This document shows, piece after piece, positions 52,739-64,000 of a stretch of 64,000 bases of DNA (position 1 is the first letter of the stretch; every line of letters begins with the position of its first letter). The notes below the pieces were generated by a model, which saw only the letters and a program-made list of their open reading frames with translations, did not search any database and had not been told where the DNA came from. The position numbers and the translations under genes are program-made. The stretch comes from Pristiophorus japonicus (lineage: Eukaryota): positions 124,001-188,000 of the forward strand of contig NW_027252026.1 in NCBI RefSeq assembly GCF_044704955.1, written 5' to 3'.

Positions 52739-53874
52739 AAAAGACGGGAAAAGAAAGATGCAACCTTAAAAGAAAACAAATTGAACGAATTTGAAAGAAA
52801 AAGTGTCTTCGATTGCCTGAGATTTTAAATTAACAAATTTACCGAGACCCGAGCCCTCTGTGTAAAATACAAAACCTAATTTGAAGAAAGGAGATCTTAA
52901 AAAAGACGTAACATACTAAATAGGTGCTGAAAGGAAAAAAAAAATGTTCTGAGATTTTAAATTATGAGAAAGTTCCACTGCAGTTTGAAAAGATGCGTCA
53001 ATTCTGTCGAGTTGGCAGAACGCCACTAAATTAGGACTCTCATTAATGGAAGGAGGACATGTTAAAACCGTAGACGTCTTAAAGAAAGAGTGCGCGCACG
53101 AGAAACGTACTAAGAGTTCCACTGGGACTTCTGAGAAAGGTATCAATAGACTACATAGTCAAATGGTTGGCTTTGCATTGACCGAGGCTGATGGCAAAAT
53201 TGAATTTCAGTAAACAAATAGCTATTAAAACTGTGTGGTCTCATTTTAAATCATTTAAAAAAAAATCTTTGGCAAGTACTTGAATTAGAAGTTAAAAAAA
53301 ATTGGAGTTTAATCTAAATGCTGCCTTTCCTGATGAGAATACTTTTATTATGACGGCTTTACTAATGATTTCTGCTGTTTAACGGATTCCTAATTTCTAA
53401 GCAAGTTTTGAAGGCACAAAGACTTTTTTTTCAGATGATTACGTGAAGTTACGTAATGACATGAGGTCTTCTTACAAACCTGTAAAGGAGTTAACCCTTT
53501 CCATTGACAGCCGTTTTATACTAAACATTATTAATTTGGATTTCTAAATAGAAAAAAGACTCACCTAACAGAGGAAATGGTGCGATAGTCAGAATGAAAA
53601 TAAAAACAGAACTAGCTTATGTAATAATACTTGCCTGATACAACAAAGAAATAGATACTCAAACAAAACAAATTGAAGAGTTAAAAGGCTAAGATAAATA
53701 AGCTGAAAGAGATTTAAAAAACGGGACCAGACAGATATAGATAGTGCAGTGCACAGCCATAGCACCATCACCTGTGGCAAAAGAGCCAATGTACCCCACG
53801 GTGGGGAATCCACAAACACAACCTAACCCTGATCTCCGATTTCACGGAGTGACCTCGAAATGCATGGATAAAAG

Positions 53875-55240
53875 ATGAGTCAGGCTAAAAATCCTGCAAA
53901 GGATAAGTTAGCCTCGGAAAAACCAATGCCAACCACCTAAGATGTCATTAAAGCACAGGAGGACGCTCCTGAAAAAGATAAACTGTTGTGGAAAAATGAT
54001 GGATGTACTTATGACAATGTTTCTAAACTCTGGACCACTCCCACGGAACAGACTTGCATGTCTGACGAGTTGGACCCTATGGGTTACTGAATGTATGCAT
54101 TTTGCTACTCATTGTGGAGCAAGGACAACAAGTGACACACTTTTGGCCACTTGGTGGCACCCTAGACTCCAGGAGCTGGCCCAGAACTTCAGTAGTCGCT
54201 GCCTTGTTTGCCAACAGTATAATCTGGGGAAGGGAGTCCCCTGTGATTGGGGTAAGACGCCCCTACCTGAAGGTCCCTTTGAGACATTGCAGTTGGACTA
54301 CATTGAGTTGCAAAGAGTTCAGTGTTACAAATATGTGTTAGTAATAGTAGATGTGTTTAGCAAATGGATCGAAGCCTACCCTACCCTGGACAATAAGGCT
54401 CAAACTGTTGTTAAAGTGTTAATGAGGAAATTGTTCCTAGATATGGTATCCCAGCTCGACTGAGTTCCGATAATGGCCCTCACTTTATTGGCCAAGTTAA
54501 CAAAGAATTCTGTTCCCAGATGCGCATTAACCAGCAGCTGCATTGTGCCTACCGACCCCAAGCTGCGGGATTAGTTGAACGTGCTAATCAAACTCTTAAA
54601 ACCAAGCTTGCAAAACTGGTAGCATCAACCGGATTCAATTGGCTCAAACTCCTTCCCATAGCCCTATTCCAGATCCGAACTACTCCCACCGGTAAGGCTA
54701 GAGTGACCCCCGCTGAGATCATTTATGGTAGGCCCCTTAGGACTCCCTGGAATCAGAATGTCCCCTCCACTGTCCAATTCCACCACATGACTGAGGAACT
54801 GACCACCTATGTTCTTTCTCTGACTCAGGCTCTGCGAATAGCCCACAATCAGGTTTGAGATGCTCACCTCGACCTCCCAGTTTTACCCGAATTGTCCCTC
54901 GTGGCACCAGGGAAGTATGTCCTGATTAAGAAATGGATTCGGAAGGGATTAGAACCACGATGGGGAGGAGCCTTTTCAGGTGTTACTTACTACCCCCACT
55001 GCAGCTAAGGTTGAGGGGAGAAGTGCCTGGGTTCACCTGCACCATTGCAAGCTCATCACCCTCTAACGAACCTATTTTACTGGTTATTCTAACTCCTGTT
55101 TCTGTTCCAGACTTCCTCTTCTCCATAGCTGAACAAGATCCTTCCTAGGAGCGTCCTGACTAACCGAGTGATTCTCCGAGGAGAGCAGTTTGAACTCCTA
55201 CTCGTAGTGATAGACAACCAGCTACACCGACGGTGACCTG
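53875..55240 (+). pseudogene. pol: ERV-B integrase region
   Basis: HFATH...CLVC, LQLDYIE, SSDNGPHF, YRPQAAGLVERANQTLK; frameshifted. Confidence 0.9.
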
Positions 55241-55363
55241 AGAAGAGAGGCGAGAAAACCGAACTCTTTGAATCAGCAAAATATTCGGACTATTTATCCT
55301 TGTCCATAGAGACGCTACAAGAAACATTTTGTTCCCGAGTAATTGTTAACCTAGAGCGATAAG

Positions 55364-56803
55364 ATGAAACTGTGTCTGTGTGCCACAGTCTGTATAGTAG
55401 CGTTTGTGTACGTCAGGTGCGGCACATGGGAGGGGAGACTGAAGCGAGAGCTCCATGCAAACACCTTTTTGTACATGTCTTATGTTTATGCGCGAAATGG
55501 GAACTTTTCTAGATGCTGGGTGTGCTCACATATCCCTATACATTCCAAAGGGGGAATTCCTTTGCGCCCCGTTCCACTGACCCTAACTGAGACTGTCAAG
55601 TGGCTTCTGAGCCAGACTAGCATGAGCGGAGGGGGGCCAATGCAAATACGAGAGAGGAAAGGCGGGTCAAAAGAGGGATCACAGAGATCAGGAGGCGTAT
55701 TATACCGTTACCACATGAACGACCACGGGGAGGTCACCAAGTGGGAGAGTGCTGGAGACCCCATTAGTCAGATGTCCCAGGGATGGTACCAACCAACCTA
55801 CGACTGTGGAAAGGAACCCCCATTCTTAGCTCTGACCAATACCTCGGGGATTGGGAGGTCAACCGGGAACATATGTTTAACCCGAAATGACACCAGTAGC
55901 AAGGGACATATCATAGGGTACAGCGATTGCCCACACAGTCTCAACATCACAACAGATGCACGAGTCACTATCCTCTCTCACCTTCCGAATAAAACAGGTG
56001 GAGGTCTGTGGGCCCAGTCTTGGGACCCCGACACAATATATCAGAAGGCAGCGTATAATGGCACGTATTTTGTGTGCGGGCATAGGGCATATCCCTGGTT
56101 GCCTAGGCGATGGACAGGGTCCTGCTATCTGGGATATGTGGTGCCATTTGTGCGGCAAACACGTACCCTGGCGGAAGCACATGCCTCCAGCCGACACAGG
56201 TGAGCCCTCACCCCCGCCGAAAGGTTCTTTGGGGTCATGATGTTCCCATTCGGGATAGGACGCACCATGGATGAAGTACAGAACCTAGAGAGGGTATTGG
56301 AACAGATAGCTAACTATACTGCTGAAGCTCTGGAGGACATCACGGCCGAAGTGGTAGCAATGCGGACCGTAGCGTTACAAAACCGAATGGCCCTCGATTA
56401 TCTGTTAGCTGAGAAAGGGGGAACGTGTGCCCTGATAGGATCTGAATGTTGTACTTACATTCCCGATAGTTCAGAAAACATAACCAATCTCGCGGATCAC
56501 ATAAGAAGGGAGGTAACAAAGTTATCCATGCCAGCAGGAGGATCTAGCTGGTTTGATTGGCTATTAGGTGGATCCTGGGGATCCTATCTAATGCATGGGG
56601 CAATTATTCTCATCGGAGTAATAATTACCTGTTGCTTGATTGTTGGTTGCTTTAACCTTTGTTGTAAAGTCATGATGGCAAGGTTAGCAAACCCTCTTGT
56701 GGTCACGGGCTCCCGGATTATGATCCAGCAAGCTAAAGACCTACTCGACAAGGAGGATCAGGAAAGAGAGTGTGAACGGCTGAATGCGATACTCCTAGAA
56801 TAA
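55364..56803 (+). CDS. env: ERV-B gamma-type env, in frame throughout except TGA at 56201-56203 (SU-only ORF of 279 aa)
   Basis: Signal peptide, CWVC, RHR* at the furin site, fusion peptide, ISD, CX6CC and TM helix all in one frame. Confidence 0.92.
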
Positions 56804-58784
56804 TCCTAAGGGTTATCATGGAATGATAAAAGGGGGGAATGAGACATTGAAGTTGAGAATGTGGGAAAATGTATAGAGACAGTGAAATTGAACAAAGGAT
56901 TCATGGATGAATAGCCTTAAGAATGTCAGGCTGCAAATGTTACAACATTGACACAAATAACAGACTGGCTCCAAGGTCTTGCTAAGTCACACCAGTAAAC
57001 TTGAAACAATAAAGGGTGAGAAAGACTCTGAAAGGCTCCTTTGTGTAAAAACAGCCCATACAGATGTCTGCTCATGAGTGGACAAAGGGAAGGAGGGATC
57101 AAAGGGAATAGGCTGAACTGTATGTCACTCTAATTGTATCTTGTACTGAAAATGTATAACCGTTGCGCCCTTACATTGTAACGGCACTTGTCCGTAGGAA
57201 GTGGGTGCACTCTATAGGGAGAGCATTCCTTCTTTCTGATAAGTCCCGGCCGCTAAACAAAAGAAAGTCTGCTTTGTTATAAGCGGCAACGGTGTTCGAC
57301 TCAGTGAATTCGCTGAACCAGATTGAGGGAAAAGAATCCACATTTACACCACTTCCTTAAGTACTCTGGAGTGCAGCTATCAGGCCCCGGGGATTTATCG
57401 GCCTTCAGTCCCTTCAATTTCCCTAACACCATTTCCTGACTAATAAGGATTTCCCTCAGTTCCCCCTTCTCGCTAGACCCTCGGTCCCATAGTATTTTCG
57501 GGAGGTTATTTGTGTCTTCCTCAGTGAAGACAGAACCAAAGTATTTTTTCAATTGGTCTGCCATTTCCTTGTTCCCCATTATGGATTCCCCTGATTCTGA
57601 CTGCAAGAGACCTACATTAGTCTTCACTAATATGTTTCTCTTCACATATCTGTAGATGCTTTTGCAGTCAGTTTTTATGTTCCCTGCAAGCTTACTCTCA
57701 TATCCTATTTTCTCCTCTCCTAATTAAACCCTTAGTCCTCCTCTGCTGAATACTAAATTTCTCCCAGTCCTCAGGTTTGCTGCTTTTTCTGGCCAATTTA
57801 TATGCCTCTTCCTTGGATTTAACACTTTCCCTAATTTCCCTTGTTAGCCACGGCTGAGCCACCTTCCCTTTATTTTTACGCCACACTGGGATGTACAATT
57901 GTTGTAGTTCATCCATGTGATCTTTAAATGTCTGCCATTGCCTATCCACCGTCAACCCTTTAAGTATCAGTCGCCAGTCTATCCTAGTCAATTCATGTCT
58001 CATACCGTCGAAGTTTCCTTTCTTTAAGTTCAGAACCCTAGTCTCTGAATTAACTGTGTCACTCTCCATCTTAATGAAGAATTCTACCATATTATGGTCA
58101 CTCTTCCCCAAGGGGCCTCGCACGACCAGATTGCTAATTAATCCTCTCTCATTACACAAAACCCAGTCTAGGATGGCCTGCTCTCTCGTTGGTTCCTTGA
58201 CATATTGTTCTCGAAAACCGTCCCTTGTACACTCCAGGAAATCCTCCTCCACAGTATTGCTACCAGTTTGGTTAGCTCAATCAATATGTAGATTAAATTC
58301 ACCCATGATAACTGCTGTACCCTTATTGCACGCATCTCTAATTTCCTGTTTGATGCCATCCCCAACCCCCATTTTACTGTTTGATGGTCTGTACACAACT
58401 TCCACGAAAGTTTTCTGCCCTTTGGTTCTTCGCAGCTCTACCATATAGATTCCACATCATCCACGTTAATGTCCTTCCTTACGATTGCGTTAATCTCCTC
58501 TTTAACCAGTAACGCTACCCCACCTCCTTTTCCTTCCTGTCTATCCTTCCTGAATATTGAATACCCCTGGATATTGAGTTCCCAGCCTTGGTCAGCCTGG
58601 AGTATGTCTCCGTAATCCCAATTACATCATATCCATTAACATCTATCTGCGCAGTTAATTCGTCCACCTTATTGCATTAAGTTTACCAGCGGTTTTTGTG
58701 ATATTAATCAGATACTGATCAATAAATCTATGTGTAAGAGGTTATTCCTTCTATTCAGGTTAATATAATGTAAACTGTATTTAC

Positions 58785-59126
58785 TGGTTACATTGAGCTG
58801 GGTTCCGCTCCCGCTGATATCGCCCCACACTTTACAGTAATAGGTGGCAGTGTCACTGGGCTGCACGTCTGTGACTGTCAGAATGAAGCTGTTATTGGAG
58901 GTGAGTCTGGAAGGCTGGAGATGGTCAGTGGAACCTGGCTCCCTCGTGTGCTGCCACTTGCCTCGTGTTAAAACCCACTCCGTATCTGGCCCCGGTAGTT
59001 GCCGGTACCAGTGGACATCGGTGTCACTCACTCTGGCGTTCCGCATGGTGCACTGTAACCGTGCCGTGTGACCCTCTGTGACACGTTCCAGGCTCGGAGA
59101 CTGGGTCAGGACAGGGACAACTGCAC
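58785..59126 (-). CDS. Germline-joined VJ-type Ig V-set exon V3 (phase 1-1), open
   Basis: Acceptor TTCCCATTAAAG|GT, donor A|GTAAAT; 342 nt; GAVVPVLTQSPSLERVTEGHTARLQCTMRNARVSDTDVHWYRQLPG...DTATYYCKVWGDISGSGTQLNVT. Confidence 0.92.
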
Positions 59127-59459
59127 CTTTAATGGGAACATATCAATAGCTTAAAAACTGGTCTGAAGGTTACAAAGTGTCCCCGGTATTTAAAGGGACA
59201 GTCCAGGCAGTACAAGTTAGACGAAGATCAAAGATTGCAATCCTGGAGCAGTGCGGTTAGTCAGTTACTGATTCCGATCCAAAATGTGGAAAACCTGTGT
59301 TGTGAACCCTGTCTTTTATTTGAACAAGTTCACCAATAGAAGAGAAGGTTCTTTTTCTTTTCATTCACCAGCTGGCGTTGGCACGGGTACAATGGGCCGA
59401 ATCAGTGTCCTTCGGTGCTGTCTGATTCTATCATGGAAACTGGTAAAGGGAGACCTGGG

Positions 59460-60490
59460 GAGGGAACAACAACTGGTATTGATATAGCGCCTTTAATGCA
59501 GTAAAAGGTCCCAAGGTGCTTCACAAGAGTGTTATTAGACAAAAGATGGTTCCTTCAAGCTGCGAGGAACCATCAGCGGAAGGTCGGGGCTTTAAAAGGA
59601 GGAGCAGCATGGCGGCATACCACTGCAAGGTACAGCGCGAGCCAGTCAGGGAGGGCAACGACTGTGAAGAGGGCGACTGGAATGGACATCCTCATAATGC
59701 AGGTCGGTGATTGGAGCGTGGGCAGGTACAGCAGGAGCGATGAGGTCGGTGCGAAGTAGTGGCGAGGGATTGCAGACCAACGTGATCGGGGCCCAGGAGA
59801 GGCATGAGTTCGGGGACCAGAAGAGGCGAGGGCCCAGGGGCACACGGGCCAGCCCACACTGCAATATGTGTGTGCAGTAGATCCGTGCAGCAGAGCTGGT
59901 TTCCAGTCGTCAAGGTTAATCCTTGCCACTGGACCAAGACCTAGCTCTGTCAAGCCCGTGTGGTGGTTGGTGTGCAACGGTCACCACACGTTAAAAAAAT
60001 CCACACTCTGGCATCATCCATCCTTCAATCTGCAGTTCGGGACTTGGAATAGCCAGTCCTTCATTGAAACACATGTGAACTCATCCCTTTTTGGTGGAAG
60101 CAAGTCATACTCGATACAAGGGACCGCCGAAGAGAAGATAAGACAAAAAATTTGATACCAAGACACATGACACAAATGGTCAAAGAAGTAGGTTTTAAGG
60201 GGCGTCTTACAGGAGAAAAGAGGGTCGAGAGGATTAGCAAGGAATTCCAGAGCATAGGGAGCTGGAGGCACGGCCGCCAATGGTTGAGTAATTATAGTCG
60301 GGGGTGCTGAACAGGCCAGAATTAGTGGAGCGCAGACATCTCTTTGGCGGGGGGTCATGGGGCTGGAGGAGATTACAGAGAGTGTGAAGGTCGAGGCCAT
60401 GGAGGGATTTGAAAACCAGGATGAGCATTTTTAAAATCGAGGCGTTGCTTAACCGGGAGCCAATGTAGGTCAGCGATCACAGGGGAGATG
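59460..60490. mobile_element. SINE, RTE-related and L2 fragments
   Basis: CTTGCCACTGGACCAAGACC...AAGCCCGTGTGG shared with the RTE 5' UTR at 32832; L2 PVIADLHWLPVKQRLDFK on the minus strand. Confidence 0.7.
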
Positions 60491-60499
60491 GGTTTACAG

Positions 60500-62605
60500 G
60501 ACTTGGAAAGTTTACAGCACACAAGCGACCTATTCGGTCCATCGTGTCCGTGCCGGACGACAAAGCTATCCAGCCTAATCCCACTTTCCAGCTCTTGGTC
60601 CATAGCCTTGTATGTTACGGCATTTCAAGTGCATATCCAAGTACTTTTTAAATGTGGTGAAGGTTTCTGTCTCTACCACCCTGTCAGGCAGTGAGGGGAT
60701 AAGGGGTTATGGGGAGCGGGTGGGGAAGTGGAGCTGAGTCCATAATCAGATCAGCCATGATCTTATTGAATGGCGGAGCAGGCTCGAGGGGCCATATGGC
60801 CTACACCTGTTCCTATTTCTTATGTTCTTATAGACCCCCACCACCCTCTGGGTGAAAAGAATTCTCCTCAAATCCCCTCTAAACCTCGTACCAATTACTT
60901 TGGTGACCCCTCTGCTGATGGAAATAGGTCATTCCTCCACTCTATCTAGGCCCCACATAATTTTATACACCTCAATTAGGTCTCTCCTCAGCCTCCTATG
61001 TTCCAAAGAAAACCCCAGCCTATCCAATCATTCATTATGGCTAAAATTCTCCAGTCCAGGCAAAATCCTCGTAAATCTCCTCTATACCCTCTCTAGTGCA
61101 ATCACATCTTTTCCTGTAATGTGGTGACCAGAACTGTAGACAGTACTCTAGCTGTGGCTTAGCTAGTGTTTTATACCATTCAAGCATAACCTCCCGGCTC
61201 TTATATTCTATGCCTTGGCTAATAAAGGCAAGTATCCCGTATGCTTTCTTATCCACCTTATCTACCTGTCCTGCTACCTTCAGGGATCTGTAGACACAAG
61301 AACATAAGACATTTGAGCCGTTGTAGGCCATATGGCACCTCGAGCCTGCTCCACCATTCAATAAGATCATGGCTGATCTGATCTTGGCCTCCACTCCACT
61401 TTCCTTCCTGTTCCCCATAACCCTTGACTCCCATATAGTTCAAGAATATGTCTATCTCAGCCTTGAATATCTTCAATGACAGCCTCCACATCTCTCTGGG
61501 GTAGAGAATTCCAAAGATTCATGACCCTCAGTGAAGAAATTACTCCTCATCTCCGTCTTAAATGGACGATCCCTTATTCTGAAACTATGTGCCCTAGTTC
61601 TAGATTCCCCCATAAGGAGAAACATCCTCTCAGCATCTGCCCTGTCAAGCCCCCTCAGAATCTTATATGTTTCAATAAGATCACCTCTCATTCTTCTAAA
61701 GTCCAAAGAGTACAGGCCCAACCTGCTCAACCTTTCCTCATAACATGCCTTCATCCCAGTAATCAACCAAGTGAGCCTTCTCTGAACAGCCTCCAATGCA
61801 ACTATATCCCTCCTTAAATAAGGAGACCAAAATAGCACGCAGTACTCCAAGTTTGGTCTCACCAATGCCCTGTACAGTTGCTGCAAGACTTCCCTACATT
61901 TATACTCCATCCCCCTTGCCATAAAGGCCAACATTCTATTTGCCCTCTTAATTACTTGCTACTTGAATGTTAACTTTTTGTGTTACTAGTACAAGGACCC
62001 CCAGATCCCCCCGTACCACAGAATTCTGTAGTCTCTCTCCATTCAAATAATATTTTGCTTTTCTGTTCTTCCTATCAAATTGGATAACCTCGCATTTTCC
62101 CACATTATACTCCATCTGCCAAATGTTTTCCCACTCAGTTAACCTATCTATATCCCTTTGCAGACTCTGAGTCCTCCTCACAACTTGATTTCCCACCTAT
62201 CATTGTATTGTCGGCAAATTTGGCTGTAATACTCTGTCCCTTCACCCAAGTCACTCCTATTGATTAAAATAGATTGTAAATAGGTGAGGCTCCAGCACTG
62301 ATCGCTGTGGCACCCCACTAGTTACAGTTTGCCAACCTGAAAATGGCCCATTTATCTCGACTCTCTGTTTTCTGTTAGTTAGCTAATCCTCTACATGCTT
62401 ATATATTACCCCCCAACACCATGAGCTCTTATCTTGTGTAGTAACCTTTTATGACGCATCTTATCGAATGCCTTTTCGAAATCAAAGTACACAATATCTA
62501 CTGGTTCTCCATTACGCACCCTGCTTGTTACATCCTCAAAGAACAATAATAAATTTGCCAAAAATGATTTCCCTTTCATAAAACCATGTTGAATCTGCTT
62601 GATTG
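60500..62605 (-). mobile_element. Nested CR1 3' fragments
   Basis: ORFs 61041-61418, 61473-61934 and 61948-62196 encode CR1 C-terminal peptides. Confidence 0.88.
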
Positions 62606-63205
62606 TATTATTACTTTTGTATTAATTCTTTGGGGTCACTAGACACCAGAGGGCACCGTCGTCGGAGGTCATCAGGCTGTATGCATGTGGCATGTGTGCT
62701 TGGTCACCTGTATATAAGCTGGGTGTCTTTGTCACGGTGACAGTCTTGGGCTGGAATAAAGATGGATCAAGTTGCACCTGAGTGAGTTTCCAGTAACCAG
62801 ACTCTTGCGTCATTACAATTGGCGACGAGGTAATTTAAGAACCTTCGCATGCACAATGAGCACTGTTTGAGAGATCTGTGGAGGGCGAGGATTGGGTGGA
62901 TTTTGTCGACCGCCTGGATCAATATTTTGTGGCCAATGGCATGGAGGCAGAGGCCTACGCAGTTAAGTGCAGGGCAGTTCTCCTCACCGTTTGTGGTCTG
63001 AAAATTTACGGCTTCATGAAGAATCTTCTCTCGTCTGTACATCCGGTGGAAAAGGTACGCGGAATTGTGTACATTGGTGGGTAACCATCTGAAACCAAAA
63101 GAGGGGATCATCATATCACACTACCGTTTCTACACACATGTTCATGCTGAGAGCCAGGACGTGTTGGGATTTGTCGCTGACCTGCGACGTCTTGCTGAGC
63201 CGTGT
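62605..63205 (+). mobile_element. Truncated Gypsy element (LTR ending at 62817, PBS, gag start)
   Basis: TATATAA and AATAAA in the LTR; TACA-AT-TGGCGACGAGG; EGEDWVDFVDRLDQYFVAN. Confidence 0.85.
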
Positions 63206-63209
63206 AAGT

Positions 63210-64000
63210 TCAGGAACAAACAGTAGTAACAAGGTTGGGGATGGCATCAAACAGAAAATTAGAGACACGTGCAATAAGGGTACAGCAGTTATCATGGGTG
63301 ACTTTAATCTGCATATTGATTGGGCGAACCAAACTGGTAGCAATACTGTGGAGGAGGATTTCCTGGAGTGTATAAGGGATGGTTTTCTAGACCAATATAT
63401 CGAGGAACCAACTAGAGAGCAGGCCATCCTAGACTGTGTAACGAGAGAGGATTAATTAGCAATCTAGTCGTGTGAGGCCCCTTGGGGAAGAGTGACCATA
63501 ATATGGTAGAATTTTTCATTAAGATGGAGAGTGACACAGTTAATTCAGAGACTAGGGTCCTGAACTTAAAGAAAGGAAACTTCGACGGTATGAGACGTGA
63601 ATTGGCTGGGATAGACTGGCGACTGATACTTAAAGGGTTGATGGTGGATAGGCAATGGCATACATTTAAAGATCACATGGATGAACTACAACAATTGTAC
63701 ATCCCTGTGTGGCATAATAATAAAAAAAGGGAAGGTGGCTCAACCGTGGCTAACAAGGGAAATTAGGGAAAATGTTAAATTCAAGGAAGAGCTATATAAA
63801 TTGGCCAGAAAAAGCAGCAAACCTGAGGACTGGGAGAAATTTAGAATTCAGCAGAGAAGGGCCAAGGGTTTAATTAGGAGGGGGAAACTAGAGTATGAGA
63901 GTAAGCTTGCAGGGAACATAAACCCTGCAAAAACTTCTACAGATATGTGAAGAGAAAAATATTAATGCAGACTAATGTAGCTCCCTTGCAGTCAGAATCA
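63210..64000 (+). mobile_element. CR1 LINE endonuclease region
   Basis: VIMGDFNLHIDW...EPTREQAILD...GKSDHNMVEF. Confidence 0.9.

Larger units (their letters stand above)
48501..57348 (+). mobile_element. Endogenous retrovirus B (same family): 5' LTR 48501-49164, 3' LTR 56840-57348; most of gag-pro-RT-RNase H deleted
   Basis: Perfect TSD CCAC; PBS tRNA-Leu at 49167-49184; PPT AAAAGGGGGGAA at 56828-56839; deletion junction near 53872. Confidence 0.96.
40231..58674 (-). mobile_element. Host CR1 LINE split into three pieces (58674-57349, 48500-47395, 40585-40231) by two ERVs
   Basis: EN, RT and 3' end are collinear across both ERV TSDs; tail TTCTATGTTTCTAT near 40231. Confidence 0.88.

Noticed and set aside
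4279-59126. Rearranging TCR or Ig V segments
   Set aside because: No CACAGTG/nonamer RSS after the second Cys; the J-like strand is already fused and followed by a splice donor, and V2 is followed by a TM exon rather than a C exon.

Overview
Vertebrate genomic DNA, almost certainly from a cartilaginous fish (inferred from the repeat content: CR1, L2, RTE and Vingi-like LINEs, Deu-domain/SacSINE-like SINEs, tRNA-Ser-primed Gypsy elements, Harbinger and Penelope remnants). Most of the window is nested transposon debris, and most ORFs in the supplied track are repeat fragments. In the small unique islands lies a cluster of immunoglobulin-superfamily receptor genes with germline-joined V+J exons and no RSS. 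On the + strand: V1 (4279-4623, one nonsense codon), V2 (12018-12343, 7-bp frameshift), then an open, phase-compatible TM exon (12486-12620) and two cytoplasmic exons (13141-13214, 14244-14606) carrying YxN motifs. On the - strand: an open V3 exon (59126-58785, about 95% identical to V2) and a separate small exon encoding an ITIM (SIYSEL, 40207-40165). There is also an orphan signal-peptide exon next to a CpG-island promoter (27.7-28.25 kb). This looks like a paired-receptor family of non-rearranging antigen-receptor-like genes. The interval after V3 is filled by one CR1 that hosts two back-to-back, tRNA-Leu-primed, epsilon-like endogenous retroviruses. These show a 2H-phosphoesterase domain in pol, a UGA-CUA gag-pro junction, covarying leader hairpins, an env whose only lesion is a stop at the furin site, and an LTR with an amplified RBPJ/Ikaros-type motif array. 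All calls are by eye; repeat boundaries are approximate unless a TSD or terminus is quoted.
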